A DNA stretch of 27,427 nt, from NCBI GenBank assembly GCA_045106895.1, contig JBGCFM010000004.1:1-27427 (forward strand), in the 5' to 3' direction. The translations under genes and the position numbers were made by a program. This stretch comes from Polyangiales bacterium (lineage in GTDB: Bacteria; Myxococcota_A; Polyangia; Polyangiales; Houyiibacteriaceae). Below are positions 26,422-27,427 of the stretch, piece by piece. Under the pieces are notes generated by a model that saw only the letters and a program-made list of their open reading frames with translations, did no database searches and had not been told where the DNA came from. How positions within the stretch are numbered: position 1 is the stretch's first letter; every line of letters starts with the position of its first letter.

Positions 26422-27427
26422 ATGCCCCTGAGCGATCTTCGCCGCTTCCCCATCCTCTATGTGGATGACGAAGAAGCCAATTTGCAGACCATGGAGTATG
26501 TCTTGGGTGAGACCTTCACCCTCGATGTCTGCGGGAGCGGTTCCGAAGCCCTCACGCTTCTGACTCAGCGTGACTACGCCGTGCTTCTCACGGACCAGCG
26601 AATGCCGGGGATGACCGGCGTCGATGTTTGTCAGCGCGCGACGGAGCTCGTGCCGGACACCGTACGCGTGATCGTCACCGCCTATGCGGACGCGAGAGCC
26701 GTGGAGGAGGCGGTGAACATTGGCAACGTGTCTCGCTTCGTTCGAAAGCCATACCGGCCCGACGAAATCGCTCGCGTGATGCGTGAGGCCATCGAAATTC
26801 ATCGCGGCCGCGTCGCGCGCCGCCAGGTGGAAGACCACCTGCTTCAAACGGCGCCAAGTCTCGCTGTTCGCGGCATTCAAGCGGAGGTTGGCCAGAAGCT
26901 CATGCGAATGATCGAGCCGTTGAAGCAGCACATCGCCGAGCTCGGACAAAAAGCCAGCGAGCTCGACTCGGAGTCGCAGGTCGCCTTCCGCGGTCGAATC
27001 GAGCAGTCCAGAGGTGCGACCGATGCACTCTACGCGTACGGCGTGCGTCTTTGTATGGGCGCGCCGGACATGCAGTCCGGTCGAGGGCGTTTGGGATCCG
27101 TTATGGAAGCGACGGCACGAGCTCTACGCGGCGCTATCGAACGCGTCGCTCCCTTGGACGTACAGATCAAAGACGACCCTCTCGTACCCCTGGAGGACGC
27201 GACGCTAAGCCACGTGGTGGTGCATCTATTGGCCGCCGTCGTCGACTCCATTGAAGAAGACGAGGGCGACGGGTCCATTCGACTGACGCTTGATCAAAGC
27301 GACGACCGCGCCCGCATATCTGTGGGCTATTCGAGCACCGAGGACACGCTCCCGGACGCCGGGATTCCCGCGCGTGAGCCCCCATCTTTCATCACCGTTC
27401 GGCACGTCGTCGAAGAGGCCGGCGGCG
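26422..27427 (+). CDS. Response regulator receiver fused to a degenerate histidine-kinase-like domain; partial at the right edge
   Basis: Manual translation MPLSDLRRFPILYVDDEE...VLLTDQRMPGMTG...IVTAY...VRKPY..., open to the window end and therefore not in the ORF track. Confidence 0.9.
   Translation, partial: MPLSDLRRFPILYVDDEEANLQTMEYVLGETFTLDVCGSGSEALTLLTQRDYAVLLTDQRMPGMTGVDVCQRATELVPDTVRVIVTAYADARAVEEAVNIGNVSRFVRKPYRPDEIARVMREAIEIHRGRVARRQVEDHLLQTAPSLAVRGIQAEVGQKLMRMIEPLKQHIAELGQKASELDSESQVAFRGRIEQSRGATDALYAYGVRLCMGAPDMQSGRGRLGSVMEATARALRGAIERVAPLDVQIKDDPLVPLEDATLSHVVVHLLAAVVDSIEEDEGDGSIRLTLDQSDDRARISVGYSSTEDTLPDAGIPAREPPSFITVRHVVEEAGG

Overview
GC-rich (roughly 65% by eye), gene-dense bacterial window. 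The Cys-rich repeat lipoproteins and kinase architectures suggest a myxobacterium (Myxococcota; inference only). I see no rRNA, tRNA, CRISPR array, transposase, integrase or reverse transcriptase. From left to right: (1) a minus-strand operon, DUF58 -> transglutaminase-like membrane protein -> MoxR AAA+ ATPase -> exported TPR-like protein, linked by three ATGA overlaps and followed after 63 bp by a large EGF/laminin-EGF-like lipoprotein that runs off the left edge and is absent from the ORF track; (2) a plus-strand block with a receiver protein, an NTF2/SnoaL-like protein, an ABC permease-ATPase-permease set and a PP2C/SpoIIE-fold protein lacking metal ligands; (3) on the minus strand, a double zinc-ribbon membrane protein and a 976-aa Cys/Asp repeat lipoprotein; (4) a divergent GldA/GldF/GldG-like + DUF4340 ABC operon with a structured leader; (5) a 158-nt non-coding rod-like fold whose G-U pairs all favour the + strand; (6) a V4R-TM-HK-REC-HK double-core kinase divergent from a REC-pseudokinase that runs off the right edge and is also absent from the ORF track. 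Best leads: the structured RNA candidate, two pseudoenzymes, an unrecognised 123-aa repeat, and a possible surface-matrix export/cross-linking locus. All family assignments come from motif recognition by eye, not from database searches.
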